64,000 bases of DNA from an uncultured Tissierellaceae bacterium (GCA_964519585.1 CAZFIO010000001.1:234-64233), one strand, 5' to 3'; positions 35,342-46,855 are shown, counted from the stretch's first letter. The notes: generated from the sequence alone by a model not told the origin. Numbers and translations: made by a program.

Positions 35342-36292
35342 TTCCCCAACTATCTCTTTTAACAATTCTTCATCTATATTGCCACCTGTTATAACAACTG
35401 CCACACTTTTGCCCTTAATAAATTTGGGGTTTGAAAGTAAGGCTCCTACACCAATAGCCCCAGCTGGTTCTGCTACAGTTTTTTCTTTAAGTAAGAGATG
35501 TTTTACTGCCCTTCTTATATCTTCCTCTTCAACTAGGATTATATCATCTATGGTCTCACTAGCTAGGCTGTAGGGTATATAGCCCACCCCACCAACCAAG
35601 GCATCGCAGATAGATTCTTGACTTTCATAGGATTCATAAAAGACTTGGTCTCTTAAAGATGCTAACATTGCTGGACAGGCTGCCGTCTGGACTCCTATAA
35701 TCTTTATCTTAGGATTTATAGCTTTTGCTGCTATAGATACACCAGTTATTATTCCTCCACCACCAATGGGAACAAGTATAGTATCTATCTGGGGATTTTC
35801 TTCTAGTATTTCCAAGGCAATAGACCCTTGCCCAGCTATAACTACTTCATCTGAGCAGGGGTCAATAAAACTATAGTCATTTTCCTTAATCATTTTCATT
35901 CCTTCTTGGTGGACTTCATCATAGTTTTTCCCTAATTTAATTACATTGCCACCATAATAGTTAATCTTCTGTATTTTACTCTTGGGAGTTATTTCTGGTA
36001 CAAATATATGCGGACTCTTTATCCCCAATAAATTAGCCCCATAGGAAACTGCTGCCCCATGGTTACCTGAGGATATGGCTCCTATACCCTTGACTAATTC
36101 TTCCTCTGTAAGACTAGTAAGCTTACTTAAGGCCCCTCTTAATTTATATGCCCCAGTCTTCTGTTGGTTTTCCAGTTTTAAGAACACATTTCCGTCCCCT
36201 ATACTTAATTCCATAGACTTTTCTAAAGGGGTATGATAAATATATTTCTCTATTCGATTGTGGGCTGCTTCAATGTCTTTTAATCTAATCAT
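35315..36292 (-). CDS. PLP-dependent threonine/serine dehydratase-family enzyme (mirror copy)
   Basis: Mirror of 27583..28560. Confidence 0.8.
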   Translation of the reverse strand: MIRLKDIEAAHNRIEKYIYHTPLEKSMELSIGDGNVFLKLENQQKTGAYKLRGALSKLTSLTEEELVKGIGAISSGNHGAAVSYGANLLGIKSPHIFVPEITPKSKIQKINYYGGNVIKLGKNYDEVHQEGMKMIKENDYSFIDPCSDEVVIAGQGSIALEILEENPQIDTILVPIGGGGIITGVSIAAKAINPKIKIIGVQTAACPAMLASLRDQVFYESYESQESICDALVGGVGYIPYSLASETIDDIILVEEEDIRRAVKHLLLKEKTVAEPAGAIGVGALLSNPKFIKGKSVAVVITGGNIDEELLKEIVGEAKSLKLRA

Positions 36293-36311
36293 ATTATTCC
36301 CCTCTGGTTCA

Positions 36312-37043
36312 CTAGTATTCCAATACCTTGGACAGGAAGTCCTTGGTTCTTTCTCTTTGTGGGTTTTCAAATAATTCTACCGCCTCATTTTCCTCTACTA
36401 TTTCTCCATCTGACATAAAGATAACCCTTGATGCTACCTGCTTGGCAAAGGCCATTTCATGGGTAACTATAACCATAGTCATACCACTTTTGGCAAGGTT
36501 TTTCATTACATTTAAAACCTCCCCCACCATTTCGGGGTCTAGAGCTGATGTTACTTCGTCAAAGAGCATAAGTTCAGGATCCATTGCCAAGGCCCTGGCT
36601 ATGGCCACCCTTTGTTTCTGTCCCCCTGATAGGGAGTTGGGATAGGCATCTTTTTTGTCTAGTAAATCCATAGCCCCAAGAAGTTCTATTGCCTTTTTTT
36701 CTGCCTGATCCTTTTTTAACTTACCCGTTGTTATAGGGGCAAAGGTTATATTATCCAATACAGTTTTATGGGGAAATAAGTGGAAGTGTTGAAATACCAT
36801 GCCTATTTCCTGTCTTACCTCATCTATTTTTTTAGATGTCTTATCTAATAATTCTCCCTTAAAATAAATCTTACCTGATGTAGGTTCTTCCAAAAGATTT
36901 ATACTTCGAATCAAGGTAGACTTACCAGAACCAGAAGGTCCTATGAGTCCGATAACCTCCCCTTCCTTTATATCAAGGTCTATATCTTTTAATACATGCT
37001 TATCTCCAAAAAACTTGTTTAACCCTTCAATCTTAATCATCAT
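36312..37043 (-). CDS. Amino-acid ABC transporter ATP-binding protein (mirror copy)
   Basis: Mirror of 26832..27563. Confidence 0.9.
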   Translation of the reverse strand: MMIKIEGLNKFFGDKHVLKDIDLDIKEGEVIGLIGPSGSGKSTLIRSINLLEEPTSGKIYFKGELLDKTSKKIDEVRQEIGMVFQHFHLFPHKTVLDNITFAPITTGKLKKDQAEKKAIELLGAMDLLDKKDAYPNSLSGGQKQRVAIARALAMDPELMLFDEVTSALDPEMVGEVLNVMKNLAKSGMTMVIVTHEMAFAKQVASRVIFMSDGEIVEENEAVELFENPQRERTKDFLSKVLEY

Positions 37044-37698
37044 GAGCCATTCTCCTTTCAAAATGTCCTACAAGTTGGGATATGGTAAAAGTGAGTATAA
37101 AGTAGATTATGGCTATGACCACCAAGGGTGTAAAGGGTGCCATGGATTTACTTGTAACTATTTTTGAAGAATACATCAAGTCTGCTGTACCTATGACTGA
37201 AGCTACAGATGTTTCCTTAATCAGGGTTACAAACTCATTACCCAAGGCGGGTAAGATGTTCTTAATCGCCTGGGGTAATATAATGTGCCTCATAGTATCC
37301 TTTTGAGAAATTCCTAAACTTCTACTGGCCTCTGTTTGACCCTTGTCTATAGACTGGATCCCTGACCTTATGATTTCAGCCACATAGGCTGCACTGTTTA
37401 AGGCTACTGCTATAAGGGCTGATAAAAACTTATCTATATCCAGTCCCAAGAGGGCATAGGTACCAAAGTAAACCATGGAAATTTGTACTAGGATAGGGGT
37501 TCCCCTGATTGCCTCAATGTAAACCGTGGAAAAAAATTTCAATATCTTGTTCTTAGATAGTCTCATTAGGCTTAAGATAAAGCCTAATGCACTACCTATA
37601 ATTAAAGCAAAAAGTGATAATAAAATTGTATTTCTTATTCCTATGAAATAATAATATCTATACTTGATAAATAGTTCTAAAACTCCCAAAAACTCCAC
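37033..37698 (-). CDS. Amino-acid ABC transporter permease (mirror copy)
   Basis: Mirror of 26177..26842. Confidence 0.85.
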   Translation of the reverse strand: MEFLGVLELFIKYRYYYFIGIRNTILLSLFALIIGSALGFILSLMRLSKNKILKFFSTVYIEAIRGTPILVQISMVYFGTYALLGLDIDKFLSALIAVALNSAAYVAEIIRSGIQSIDKGQTEASRSLGISQKDTMRHIILPQAIKNILPALGNEFVTLIKETSVASVIGTADLMYSSKIVTSKSMAPFTPLVVIAIIYFILTFTISQLVGHFERRMAHDD

Positions 37699-37730
37699 TC
37701 CTCTTTACTCCTTATTTCCACTGGTTCGAC

Positions 37731-38624
37731 TTAGATTTCCTCTTGACTTAATTCGTCAGCTTCGGCCATCCATTTTTCGATTAAACCTTTAACCTTAATC
37801 TCAGCTAGAATTTCATTAATTTTCTCTGTCAATTCATCACTACCTGTTTTTAGTGCTATAGCAACTCCATCCGTACCTGAGTCAATTTCTAATCCTTCAA
37901 CCATTATTACATCATCATTAGCTTTTGCAAAGGCTTCAGCTACAGGTGTCTCCATAATTACACAATCAACTTTATTTGTTTTTAAATTCATAACTAAATC
38001 ATAGTTTGATGCTAGACTCAATACTTCTTTCCCTCCAGCTTCATTGGCCACATCTTCCTGAGTTGTGCCTATCTGTACACCTATCTTTTTATCCTTCAAG
38101 TCTGCTTCCTTATTGATTCCTAGAGGATTTCCCTTTGGAACTAGGACTGCTAGATTTGCTTCATAGTATATGTCTGAGAAATTAGCGTCCCTTTCTGGGT
38201 CTGGATTCATACCTGCAATAACTATATCTACCCTTCCAGCACCTAGAGCTGCAACCAAAATATCAAAATCCATATCATTAATTTCTAATTCTACGCCTAA
38301 TTTTTCTGCGATATATTTTGCTATCTCAATATCAAACCCTACAATTTCATCCTTACCATTAATTAAAGCATGGAATTCAAATGGAGGATAGTCTGCACTT
38401 GTTCCAAGTACAATTTTACCTGCGTCTTGAATATCCTTAACTGTCTTGATACCACTAGGTTCTTCGCCATTTTCTTCTCCACCATTTTCTCCCTCACCAG
38501 GTTCCTCCACTTGGCCTGGTCCTTCTGGTTCTTCAGGTTTTTCACCACAAGCTACCAATACCACTGACAAGGCTAATACTAAAACTAACAATAAACTAAT
38601 TTTTTTACTCATCTTCTTTAACAT
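37731..38624 (-). CDS. Amino-acid ABC transporter substrate-binding lipoprotein (mirror copy)
   Basis: Mirror of 25251..26144. Confidence 0.85.
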   Translation of the reverse strand: MLKKMSKKISLLLVLVLALSVVLVACGEKPEEPEGPGQVEEPGEGENGGEENGEEPSGIKTVKDIQDAGKIVLGTSADYPPFEFHALINGKDEIVGFDIEIAKYIAEKLGVELEINDMDFDILVAALGAGRVDIVIAGMNPDPERDANFSDIYYEANLAVLVPKGNPLGINKEADLKDKKIGVQIGTTQEDVANEAGGKEVLSLASNYDLVMNLKTNKVDCVIMETPVAEAFAKANDDVIMVEGLEIDSGTDGVAIALKTGSDELTEKINEILAEIKVKGLIEKWMAEADELSQEEI

Positions 38625-38821
38625 TATAATTCCCCCTTAGATTGTAAAATTACTAATTTCCCAATACTTTTTTGTGACTTTAGGATTTAATTATCCTAGT
38701 GGAAGATGACGCAGTCTCGAATTTCAAATCTAGAGCTCTCTTGGTTCGCATAGATTTGGTGTTCGTTGCGTTTGACCTTCCATCGATTTGCAAAAAAGCT
38801 TTGCTAATCGGGATAGGTCAT

Positions 38822-39097
38822 AAAAAAAACTCCCATTCCTAGAATCTCTTCTAGGAACGAGAGTTAGTCGCGTTGCCATCCTAATTTATCCATATATCGC
38901 TATATAGACCTCTTTGGGTACATATATACCCTATCACTATAAGGGGTGATCCCCTTGCAGCCTTGAATCTAATCTCGGTGCAAAACTCAGAGGCCCTTTT
39001 CGTTTCTTTCGTCCTGTTCCCTTTCACCAGGTGGAACTCGCTGTAAAGACTTCCTAAAACTACTCCCCTCTTCAGAGTCATTTTCATTTTCTGAATT
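38822..39097 (-). promoter_or_regulatory. T-box riboswitch leader (mirror copy)
   Basis: Mirror of 24778..25053. Confidence 0.85.
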
Positions 39098-39103
39098 TTT
39101 ATC

Positions 39104-39132
39104 ATTATACAACAGATAATTTTAAATGTAAA
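39104..39132 (-). promoter_or_regulatory. T-box leader promoter (mirror)
   Basis: Mirror of 24743..24771. Confidence 0.65.
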
Positions 39133-39267
39133 GCCTTTTTTGAAAATACTTTTTTCTTTTCTTTTATTCTATTAGGATAAAAGAAATTATATTCCTATTT
39201 TTATAAAATAGTATAATTTTGGATTAATGTGTAAAAAGTATAGGTAAAGAAAAAACAGGAGGAAAAT

Positions 39268-40827
39268 ATGGATACGTTAAAGTTCAATAAATTTCCAGAA
39301 TCCTATTGGCTAGCTTCAACAGATAAAAGTTCTTACCCAGCCTTGGAAAAGGATATAAATGTAGATATAGCTATAGTAGGTGGAGGGATGGTAGGAATAA
39401 CCACAGCCTATCAATTAAGAAAGCAAGGTTTGAAAGTAGCTATTTTAGAAGCAGGGGGAATCCTATCTTCAACCACAGCCCATACCACAGGAAAAATTAG
39501 CTCCCAGCATGGTTTGATTTACCATAAGTTAATCAATCAATTTGGTGAGGATTTGGCCAGACAGTATGCCCATGCCAATGAAAGGGCTATAGGGGTAATA
39601 AAGGAAATAGCAGAAGAAAACAATATTGAATGTGATTATAGCAATCAAGCTTCATTTGTTTATACTCAAGATGAAAATAAAATAAAGAATATAGAAGATG
39701 AGGTTGAAGCTGCATCTTCCCTAGGTATAAAAGCATCCTATGTGGAAGAAATACCCTTCGATATGGAGATTAAGGCTGGGGTCAGATTTGAAGATCAAGC
39801 CCAATTTCACCCTAGAAAGTTTTTGCTTCCTTTGGCAAAGCTAGCTCATAAGGACGGCATGTCTATTTATGAAAATAGTAGGGTTATTGATTTGGAAGAG
39901 GATGGGGATGAATATGTTTTGTTGACTTCCCAAGGAAAAAAAGTTAGGGCAAAGAAGGTTATCATAGCCTCCCACTATCCCTTCTACAATAAGGCCTCCA
40001 TGTATTTCTCCAAGATTTATGTGGAAAGGTCCTATATACTTGCAATCACCGCAAAGGAAAAGTTTCCCGGTGGCATGTATATAAATACTGAGGACCCTAG
40101 CCGATCTTTAAGATCCCAAAAAACTGAGGATGGAGAATTGATTTTTCTAGTAGGTGAAAAGCATAAGGTAGGTCAAAGTGAAGATACTGGCCTTCATTAT
40201 AGAAACCTAATCCAGTTTGCAAAGGAAATATTCACCATAGAGGAAATGCCTTTTAGATGGTCTACCCAGGATTGTATGACTATAGATGGGGTCCCTTATG
40301 TAGGCTACTTTACTGATGATACCCCTAATCTATATATAGCCACTGGCTTTCAAAAATGGGGAATGACCAATTCTATAGTTTCATCTATGATTTTGAGAGA
40401 TTTAATAATCAAGGGGGAAAGTCCTTGGCAGGATATATATAGCCCATCCAGGAAAAATCTTATGGCTTCAGCCAAGGAATTTGTAGCACAGAATGTCAAT
40501 GTTGCAGGTCAACTGTTGAAGGGGAAACTTTCTAAGCTTCCAGACGAACTGGATATAGGCTTAAGTGAGGGAAAAGTCTTTAAGCATGACGGTGAAAGAA
40601 TTGGAGCCTATAGGGATGATAAGGGGGAGTATTTCTTTGTGGATACCACCTGTACCCATTTGGGTTGTGAACTAAATTGGAATGATGCTGAAAGATCCTG
40701 GGATTGCCCTTGTCATGGTTCCCGCTTTACCTTTGAAGGCAATATAATCCAAGGCCCAGCTGTAAAACCCTTGAATTTTAACAAGGATGCCAATATATTA
40801 ATAAAGTTAATCAAAGAAGACTTTTAG
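39268..40827 (+). CDS. FAD-dependent oxidoreductase with Rieske domain (mirror copy)
   Basis: Mirror of 23048..24607. Confidence 0.8.
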   Translation: MDTLKFNKFPESYWLASTDKSSYPALEKDINVDIAIVGGGMVGITTAYQLRKQGLKVAILEAGGILSSTTAHTTGKISSQHGLIYHKLINQFGEDLARQYAHANERAIGVIKEIAEENNIECDYSNQASFVYTQDENKIKNIEDEVEAASSLGIKASYVEEIPFDMEIKAGVRFEDQAQFHPRKFLLPLAKLAHKDGMSIYENSRVIDLEEDGDEYVLLTSQGKKVRAKKVIIASHYPFYNKASMYFSKIYVERSYILAITAKEKFPGGMYINTEDPSRSLRSQKTEDGELIFLVGEKHKVGQSEDTGLHYRNLIQFAKEIFTIEEMPFRWSTQDCMTIDGVPYVGYFTDDTPNLYIATGFQKWGMTNSIVSSMILRDLIIKGESPWQDIYSPSRKNLMASAKEFVAQNVNVAGQLLKGKLSKLPDELDIGLSEGKVFKHDGERIGAYRDDKGEYFFVDTTCTHLGCELNWNDAERSWDCPCHGSRFTFEGNIIQGPAVKPLNFNKDANILIKLIKEDF

Positions 40828-40828
40828 T

Positions 40829-40865
40829 CAAAAATGCGCTGGGGACGGTCCCTGGCGCATTTTTG
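40829..40865. repeat. REP-like hairpin copy 5 (mirror)
   Basis: Mirror of 23010..23046. Confidence 0.85.
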
Positions 40866-40867
40866 TT

Positions 40868-41827
40868 TTATAGCCAACCCTTTTTCTTAAAGTACTTGAA
40901 CATTAAAAGTATTATTCCTATACTAATCAACCAGAAGCTAAGGTATCCATACTTCCACTCTAATTCTGGCAAATATTTAAAATTCATTCCATATATGCCT
41001 GCTAAAAAGGTCAAGGGGGTAAATATGGTTGTAAATATGGTCAAGACCTTCATCACATCATTTGTTTTATTGCCTATACTGGATAAGTAGGTATCCAGCA
41101 TACCTGAACATATTTCCCTATAGTTCTCAACTATATCTATTATTTGAATTATATCATCTGCTATATCTCTAAAATAATATATGGTTCTACCATTGATTAG
41201 ATCATATTCATTCTTTGATAGGTTGCTTGCCACTTCCCGCATAGGCCACATGATATTTCTAATAGTAATTAGCTCCCTTTTTACATAGTATATCTTTTCC
41301 AATATTTTTTTATTGGGATCCTGTAACAACTCATCTTCTAATTCATCTATCTTATCACCAAGCATCTCTATAAGATCAAAATAGTTTTCCACTATAGAAT
41401 TCAAAAGAGCATAAAGCAAATCATCAGCTCCATTCTTTCTAAGGATTGTACCATCTTGTAGTTTGTCTTCTATACTAATAAATACATCTGTCTCATATTC
41501 TTCGAAAGAAATCATTTTATCCATAAATAGTATAAATGAAACTTTTTGTATGCTTAAATCATTATTATTAAGGATAATATTTTGAGACTTAATATAAATA
41601 TAATCTTCATAGTCATCAATCTTGGGCCTCTGATTGTCCCCTAGTATATCATCTGAAACCAGGGAATGAACACCCAACTTATTACATAGATCCTTTATTA
41701 GGTCAGTATTACCAAGCCCTACTATTTGTAGCCACTTTATCCTATCATCCTTGTCATTTGTAAAATCTTCAATATTCTCAATATTTCTTTTATCCATACT
41801 ATTGGTATCATATTTTATGTATAACAT
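40868..41827 (-). CDS. corA: CorA-family magnesium/cobalt transporter (mirror copy)
   Basis: Mirror of 22048..23007. Confidence 0.9.
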   Translation of the reverse strand: MLYIKYDTNSMDKRNIENIEDFTNDKDDRIKWLQIVGLGNTDLIKDLCNKLGVHSLVSDDILGDNQRPKIDDYEDYIYIKSQNIILNNNDLSIQKVSFILFMDKMISFEEYETDVFISIEDKLQDGTILRKNGADDLLYALLNSIVENYFDLIEMLGDKIDELEDELLQDPNKKILEKIYYVKRELITIRNIMWPMREVASNLSKNEYDLINGRTIYYFRDIADDIIQIIDIVENYREICSGMLDTYLSSIGNKTNDVMKVLTIFTTIFTPLTFLAGIYGMNFKYLPELEWKYGYLSFWLISIGIILLMFKYFKKKGWL

Positions 41828-41831
41828 CTTC

Positions 41832-42647
41832 TCACCCCTCCAGTGCGTTGGGGACGGTCCCTGGCGCATTTTTGTTTTGTCGGCTTATCCTGTGTACTAT
41901 TCCCCTTCCAATATTTAGTAAGTCTGCAATTTGTCTATGTGATAAATCCTTATTTACCAGTAACCTAGTCACAATTCCCTCCAAATGTTCCATATTTGTT
42001 TCTAATTCAGTCTTTTCTAGGCCATTATCCATTAAATATTGTGAAATTATTTTTATACTCTTATTAAATCTTAGCATTTGGATATCTTCTTGCGTATCCA
42101 AATATTCATTCTCATCATATTCACCATGGAAATCAATAAAGCTATTTTTTTTCTCATTAAAATATGACATTACTAATTCTCTTTGGCTATTGGTCAATAT
42201 TCCATCTCCCCTAAGGTATTCATTATAGCTAGACCATTTATAATTTCTAGGATGGCCTACTAAACCAGCTTTTACAGGATTATTATGTATATATCTTAGG
42301 ACATTTAGGAGGTGTTCGTCACCAGTAATTACCTCGCTTCTATATCTTCCTTGAAATACATGGCCCACCCTGTCATTTATATAGTTGAATTGCAGTGCAT
42401 ACTTAGTGTTAATACATTTCATTACCTTGCCTAGGTCTTCTATTTCAACCCAAATCAAAATATGTGCATGATTATCCATAATACAATATGCCCCTATTTC
42501 TATCAAGCCCTCTTCCTCTTGCTTAGATAAGGTTTCTATGAAATATCTTTTATTCACAGGATTTTTAAATACTTCCTCTTTATTGTTACCTCTTACCATA
42601 ATATGATAATAATCAGTTGGACTCTGAGCCCTTGCTAATCTAGCCAT
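41832..42647 (-). CDS. REP-associated tyrosine transposase RAYT (mirror copy)
   Basis: Mirror of 21228..22043. Confidence 0.8.
   Translation of the reverse strand: MARLARAQSPTDYYHIMVRGNNKEEVFKNPVNKRYFIETLSKQEEEGLIEIGAYCIMDNHAHILIWVEIEDLGKVMKCINTKYALQFNYINDRVGHVFQGRYRSEVITGDEHLLNVLRYIHNNPVKAGLVGHPRNYKWSSYNEYLRGDGILTNSQRELVMSYFNEKKNSFIDFHGEYDENEYLDTQEDIQMLRFNKSIKIISQYLMDNGLEKTELETNMEHLEGIVTRLLVNKDLSHRQIADLLNIGRGIVHRISRQNKNAPGTVPNALEG
41840..41874. repeat. REP-like hairpin copy 4 (mirror)
   Basis: Mirror of 22001..22035. Confidence 0.8.
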
Positions 42648-42726
42648 CTTTTTCCTCCAAAAATATTATTACCATAATATTCGACATAATTACATAAAAT
42701 CCTTCTTTTTATTTAATAAAATTCAA

Positions 42727-42763
42727 CAAAAATGCATTGGGGACTGTCCCCAGCGCATTTTTG
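42727..42763. repeat. REP-like hairpin copy 3 (mirror)
   Basis: Mirror of 21112..21148. Confidence 0.8.
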
Positions 42764-42779
42764 ACCTAGATTTTTCAAG

Positions 42780-42813
42780 CAAAAATGCGCCAAGGACCGT
42801 CCCTGGCGCATCT
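42780..42813. repeat. REP-like hairpin copy 2 (mirror)
   Basis: Mirror of 21062..21095. Confidence 0.8.
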
Positions 42814-42874
42814 ATATTTGCAAAACGAATATTGATGGGTATAGTTCTTCACCTTTTCTTATTAAAGACTATAC

Positions 42875-43708
42875 TTATTCTTTATCTCCCACTTCAACCT
42901 GGTTTTCATCATAGGAAATCCAGTCACTATAGCTACCTGGGTAAAGCTTTGGTTTTAGTCCTATTTCATCCATAAATATATAGGGTACTGTTCCACTGAC
43001 CCCAGAACCACAATATACAATTATTTCTTTATGTTGAAATAGGGGCTCTAGAAGCTTACCTATATCCTCCATATCTATCCCATCCTTATTTAAGAAGGAG
43101 TCCCAGGGTAAATTCATAGCGGAAGGTATGCGACCTGGAAACTTGTCTAAAGGTTCAACCTCGCCTAGATATCTTTCATACGATCTGGCATCTATTAGAA
43201 CTGTTCCTTCTTTGCCTATAGAATCCCTTACATATTCCATATTTACTCTTATGTCACTATTTATATTAAGTGATAAGCCTTTTGATTTTCTTCTTTTAAG
43301 AATTGTATCTGTGATTTCCCCACCTTCCCTTAGCCAGTTGTCAAATCCACCTTCTAGTATATAAACCTTGCTTTTCCCTATGTACTTTAGTAACCACCAC
43401 AACCTAGCAGCCATGGCTAAAGCTCCATCATCATAAATCACAAGTAGGGAATCATCATGGATTCCTAGGCCTTTCATATCTTCAACAAACCTCTTCATGT
43501 CAGGTAGTGGATGCCTACCCCCATGAATACCTAGCTCACCTGTCATTGTATCCTCAAGTGAAACAAAATGAGCTCCTTTTATATGACCTTCTTCATACAA
43601 TTTCATACCTTTTTCAGGATCAGACAAATCCGCCCTTGCATCCAAGATTATTAAATTATCCTTATTAATATTTTCTTCCAACCAAGCCTTCTTTACAAAG
43701 TTTTTCAT
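42875..43708 (-). CDS. Tandem-rhodanese sulfurtransferase (mirror copy)
   Basis: Mirror of 20167..21000. Confidence 0.85.
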   Translation of the reverse strand: MKNFVKKAWLEENINKDNLIILDARADLSDPEKGMKLYEEGHIKGAHFVSLEDTMTGELGIHGGRHPLPDMKRFVEDMKGLGIHDDSLLVIYDDGALAMAARLWWLLKYIGKSKVYILEGGFDNWLREGGEITDTILKRRKSKGLSLNINSDIRVNMEYVRDSIGKEGTVLIDARSYERYLGEVEPLDKFPGRIPSAMNLPWDSFLNKDGIDMEDIGKLLEPLFQHKEIIVYCGSGVSGTVPYIFMDEIGLKPKLYPGSYSDWISYDENQVEVGDKE

Positions 43709-43885
43709 CTTTCTACCTCCTTGTAAAATACAAACATTAGATTGAAGCTATAACTGCTGCAATTTTCTATAAATAAAATATATCACATTATAAAAATCCC
43801 TGTCAATCATAAGGCCCCTAACCAAGAGTAGTCTATAAAATATAAGATGAACAAAATTTCCCATCCCCTTTATTGAAAATATGAC

Positions 43886-43960
43886 TTGACATGTATCAGG
43901 TGTCGATATATACTTAAATTATCACTATATCATGTGTCGATATATCATGTATTGATATAT
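43886..43960 (+). promoter_or_regulatory. PadR operon promoter and triple operator-like repeat (mirror)
   Basis: TTGACA 43886-43891, TATACT 43909-43914. Repeats start at 43895, 43929 and 43944. Confidence 0.55.
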
Positions 43961-43978
43961 CCTAAGGAGGGGAAGCTA

Positions 43979-44305
43979 TTGAATAAACCACTAACCCAGC
44001 CAATGTTTTATATTCTTTTATCCTTAAAGGAAAAAAGACATGGCTATGAAATTATGCAATATATAGAATGGCTTACGGAAGGTAAGGTGCAGGTAGGACC
44101 TGGGACCCTCTACTCCCTACTGCCTAGGTTTGAAAAGGATAAATATATAGAAATGATTTCAGAAGAGGACAAGAAAAAAACCTATCTTATTACTGACTTA
44201 GGTAGGGATGTTTTAAATGGAGAGATTCAAAGATTTGAAGCCATGATAGGTCATGCAAACTATGTAAAGGAGGGAAAGGAAGATGAATTTCAAAATAGAA
44301 ATTAA
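43979..44305 (+). CDS. PadR-family transcriptional regulator (mirror copy)
   Basis: Mirror of 19570..19896. Confidence 0.78.
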   Translation: MNKPLTQPMFYILLSLKEKRHGYEIMQYIEWLTEGKVQVGPGTLYSLLPRFEKDKYIEMISEEDKKKTYLITDLGRDVLNGEIQRFEAMIGHANYVKEGKEDEFQNRN

Positions 44306-45746
44306 CTATATAAATATTGATAATTATCCATTTATGGAAAGATTCTTTGAAAAAAAGGCTAGGGAAGGCTGGCTTATAAGCAAAATTTACCAAGGTTATA
44401 TATTTGTATATAAAAGAATAAAACCTGAAGACCTAGACTTCTCCATAACTCCTTATGAGATTGAGACCTTTTTTACCAGGAAGACCAAGGTTGATCTAGA
44501 AGAATTTCAAAGTGTTTGTCAGCATGTGGGCTGGAATTATGCTACTAAGACCTCAGATTTGCATATATATTACAAGGAAAAGACCGATGATGCCATGCCC
44601 TTGGAGACTGATGAGGAGGAGCTTTTTAAAAGCCTGGAAGCCATAGGTAAAAAACAGGAAGTAGGCAACTATTTAATGACCATTTTGTCAGTTGTTCTAT
44701 CTTGGTTTATTTTAGGGTCTGTTTTTAAGAATACCTCTGCTGTCAAGGATGGTTTGCATCTTTCTCTAGCATTTCTAATGCCAGCAGCCTTGGCCCTGGG
44801 AATTGTTCAAATCATAGATCTAAATCGTTTTATCAATAGAAATCGCAAAAATATTGAGGAAGGACTTCCCCTAGATTTTGATAGTTCTAGGAAGCCTATA
44901 TATAAAATATTATTAATATATATGAATATTGTTTTTATTTTGTTATTTTATCATATCCTATATAGTGCCTTTATCTTAGAAAACAAAAGTGCAATTATAG
45001 GCCTTATCCCTGGCATAATAGGTGTGTCTATAGGGACTCTCTATAGGTTTATTGTTAAGCCTAGAAGAATGGAATTGGAGTTAAAATCCATTGGCCTGGT
45101 TTTTACCCTTTTGTTAACTATCGCACTTAATGCTTTTATAGGTGTGCATTTTATAGATGCACTCCTGGACCAAGACCAGGACCTTCCTGATAGGGAGGAC
45201 TATAAGATTGTCTTAATGGAGGACTTGGATGAAGGGGAAGACTATGCAACCTTTTATAGAAATTCTAGCCCCCTATTTCCACACTCTTATGAATCTTACT
45301 CCTACTCTAGAAGTGCTGGTTCCATAAAAGCTGAATATGCTGGGGCAATAAACAGTTCTATTGCCCAAAACTTAGTTAAGAGGTATAAAAATCGGGCCAA
45401 AAAAGCCCTTGTAACTAGAACTAATGACTTATTTAGGTATTCCTTTGATTATGGAGAATTTGATAGTTTCTTAAAATTCTATGGAATTAATGAAGAAGAT
45501 TTCAATAAAGTAAAGGATATGGATAAAATTGAAGGCAAAAGAAAGTTAAGGGAAGTTGGCTTTGCCAACTCCATAATTAAGGCTGATGAAAGCTTTTGGG
45601 GTGTAGATGAAGCCTATTATCTAGACTATATGAAAACAGAAATAATCCTTAGAAAAGATAGGGAGGTCATCTATATAGATCTAGAAGGAATGGATTTTCT
45701 GGATGACCACATAGAAAACACTATAAAAAATAGACTTAGTCTCTAA
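44283..45746 (+). CDS. DUF2812-type membrane protein (mirror copy)
   Basis: Mirror of 18129..19592. Confidence 0.6.
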   Translation: MNFKIEINYINIDNYPFMERFFEKKAREGWLISKIYQGYIFVYKRIKPEDLDFSITPYEIETFFTRKTKVDLEEFQSVCQHVGWNYATKTSDLHIYYKEKTDDAMPLETDEEELFKSLEAIGKKQEVGNYLMTILSVVLSWFILGSVFKNTSAVKDGLHLSLAFLMPAALALGIVQIIDLNRFINRNRKNIEEGLPLDFDSSRKPIYKILLIYMNIVFILLFYHILYSAFILENKSAIIGLIPGIIGVSIGTLYRFIVKPRRMELELKSIGLVFTLLLTIALNAFIGVHFIDALLDQDQDLPDREDYKIVLMEDLDEGEDYATFYRNSSPLFPHSYESYSYSRSAGSIKAEYAGAINSSIAQNLVKRYKNRAKKALVTRTNDLFRYSFDYGEFDSFLKFYGINEEDFNKVKDMDKIEGKRKLREVGFANSIIKADESFWGVDEAYYLDYMKTEIILRKDREVIYIDLEGMDFLDDHIENTIKNRLSL

Positions 45747-45796
45747 GTAAAAGAGTTTTCATCCTTAGCTTCACTCTGGATTACAATATATATAAG

Positions 45797-45826
45797 CAAA
45801 AGGTGTTGGACCCTTGTCCAACACCT
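45797..45826 (-). terminator. Rho-independent terminator (mirror)
   Basis: Mirror of 18049..18078. Confidence 0.8.
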
Positions 45827-45832
45827 AAAAAT

Positions 45833-46855
45833 TTACAGTAATTCTTTTAATCTTCCTGTTAGCCTATAGTCTGCATTTCTTAGTTCTTCTATATTTTTCT
45901 TACCCATTAGTAGCATGATTACCTTCAGCTTATAGGTTAGGGCTTCTAGGTAAGTCTTTGCATGTCCGTAGCCACCATGGACTAGATATCTTAGAAGTTC
46001 TCCACTGATTCCTGCTATTTCTGCTCCCAAAACTAGAGCCTTGGCTATGTCCAAACTATTTCTAATCCCACCACTGCCTATGATTTTTAAATCACTGGGT
46101 AGCTCCCTAGACCTAATAATAGCTAGGGCTGAGGGTATCCCCCAGGAATACAGTTCCGTTAAATCAGTATTTAAATTCCTAAGATTTTCTATCTCTATAA
46201 AGTTGGTTCCCCCATGGCCTGATATGTCTATACATCTTACTCCTATATCATAGAGCCTTCTTGCCACATCCTTGGATATACCAAAGCCTACTTCCTTGAC
46301 TATAACTGGCTTGTCCGTAGCCTGGATAATCTTTTCAATATTATTGATTATTCCCTTAAAGTCCCTATCACCCTCATCCATAGCTAGTTCCTGGGCTGGA
46401 TTCAAGTGTATTTGTAGGGCATCCGCTTCAATGGTCTCCATGGCAATTTTCGCATCATCTAGACTAGCAAAACCACTCAGGTTTGCCAAAACTATAGCTT
46501 CAGGCCCCATGTTTCTTCTTACTACCCTAAAGGAATCCTTGCAACCCTCATCCTCACATACAATTATGGTTTCAGAACCTACGGCCATGGGTATATTAAA
46601 CTCCTTGGCTAGTAGGGATAGCTCCCTGTTTATCTCTCCAGCAAACTCTGTACCACCTGTCATAGCATTTATAATTATTGGGTAATTGGCCTTTTTTCCT
46701 AGAAAATCTATTCTTGTATCTATATCACCAATATTTAATTCTGGCAAGGCATTGTGTTCCAAATATACATCACCAAATAAAGTGTCTCCCTCATAGCTTG
46801 TCTTTAAGTGATTTTCAACATGTTCCCTTTTTCTTTCCTTTCTCATTTCTATCAC
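45833..46855 (-). CDS. fni: Type 2 isopentenyl-diphosphate delta-isomerase (mirror copy)
   Basis: Mirror of 17020..18042. Confidence 0.88.
   Translation of the reverse strand: MIEMRKERKREHVENHLKTSYEGDTLFGDVYLEHNALPELNIGDIDTRIDFLGKKANYPIIINAMTGGTEFAGEINRELSLLAKEFNIPMAVGSETIIVCEDEGCKDSFRVVRRNMGPEAIVLANLSGFASLDDAKIAMETIEADALQIHLNPAQELAMDEGDRDFKGIINNIEKIIQATDKPVIVKEVGFGISKDVARRLYDIGVRCIDISGHGGTNFIEIENLRNLNTDLTELYSWGIPSALAIIRSRELPSDLKIIGSGGIRNSLDIAKALVLGAEIAGISGELLRYLVHGGYGHAKTYLEALTYKLKVIMLLMGKKNIEELRNADYRLTGRLKELL

Larger units (their letters stand above)
41832..42813 (-). mobile_element. REP/RAYT unit (mirror)
   Basis: Mirror of 21062..22043. Confidence 0.6.
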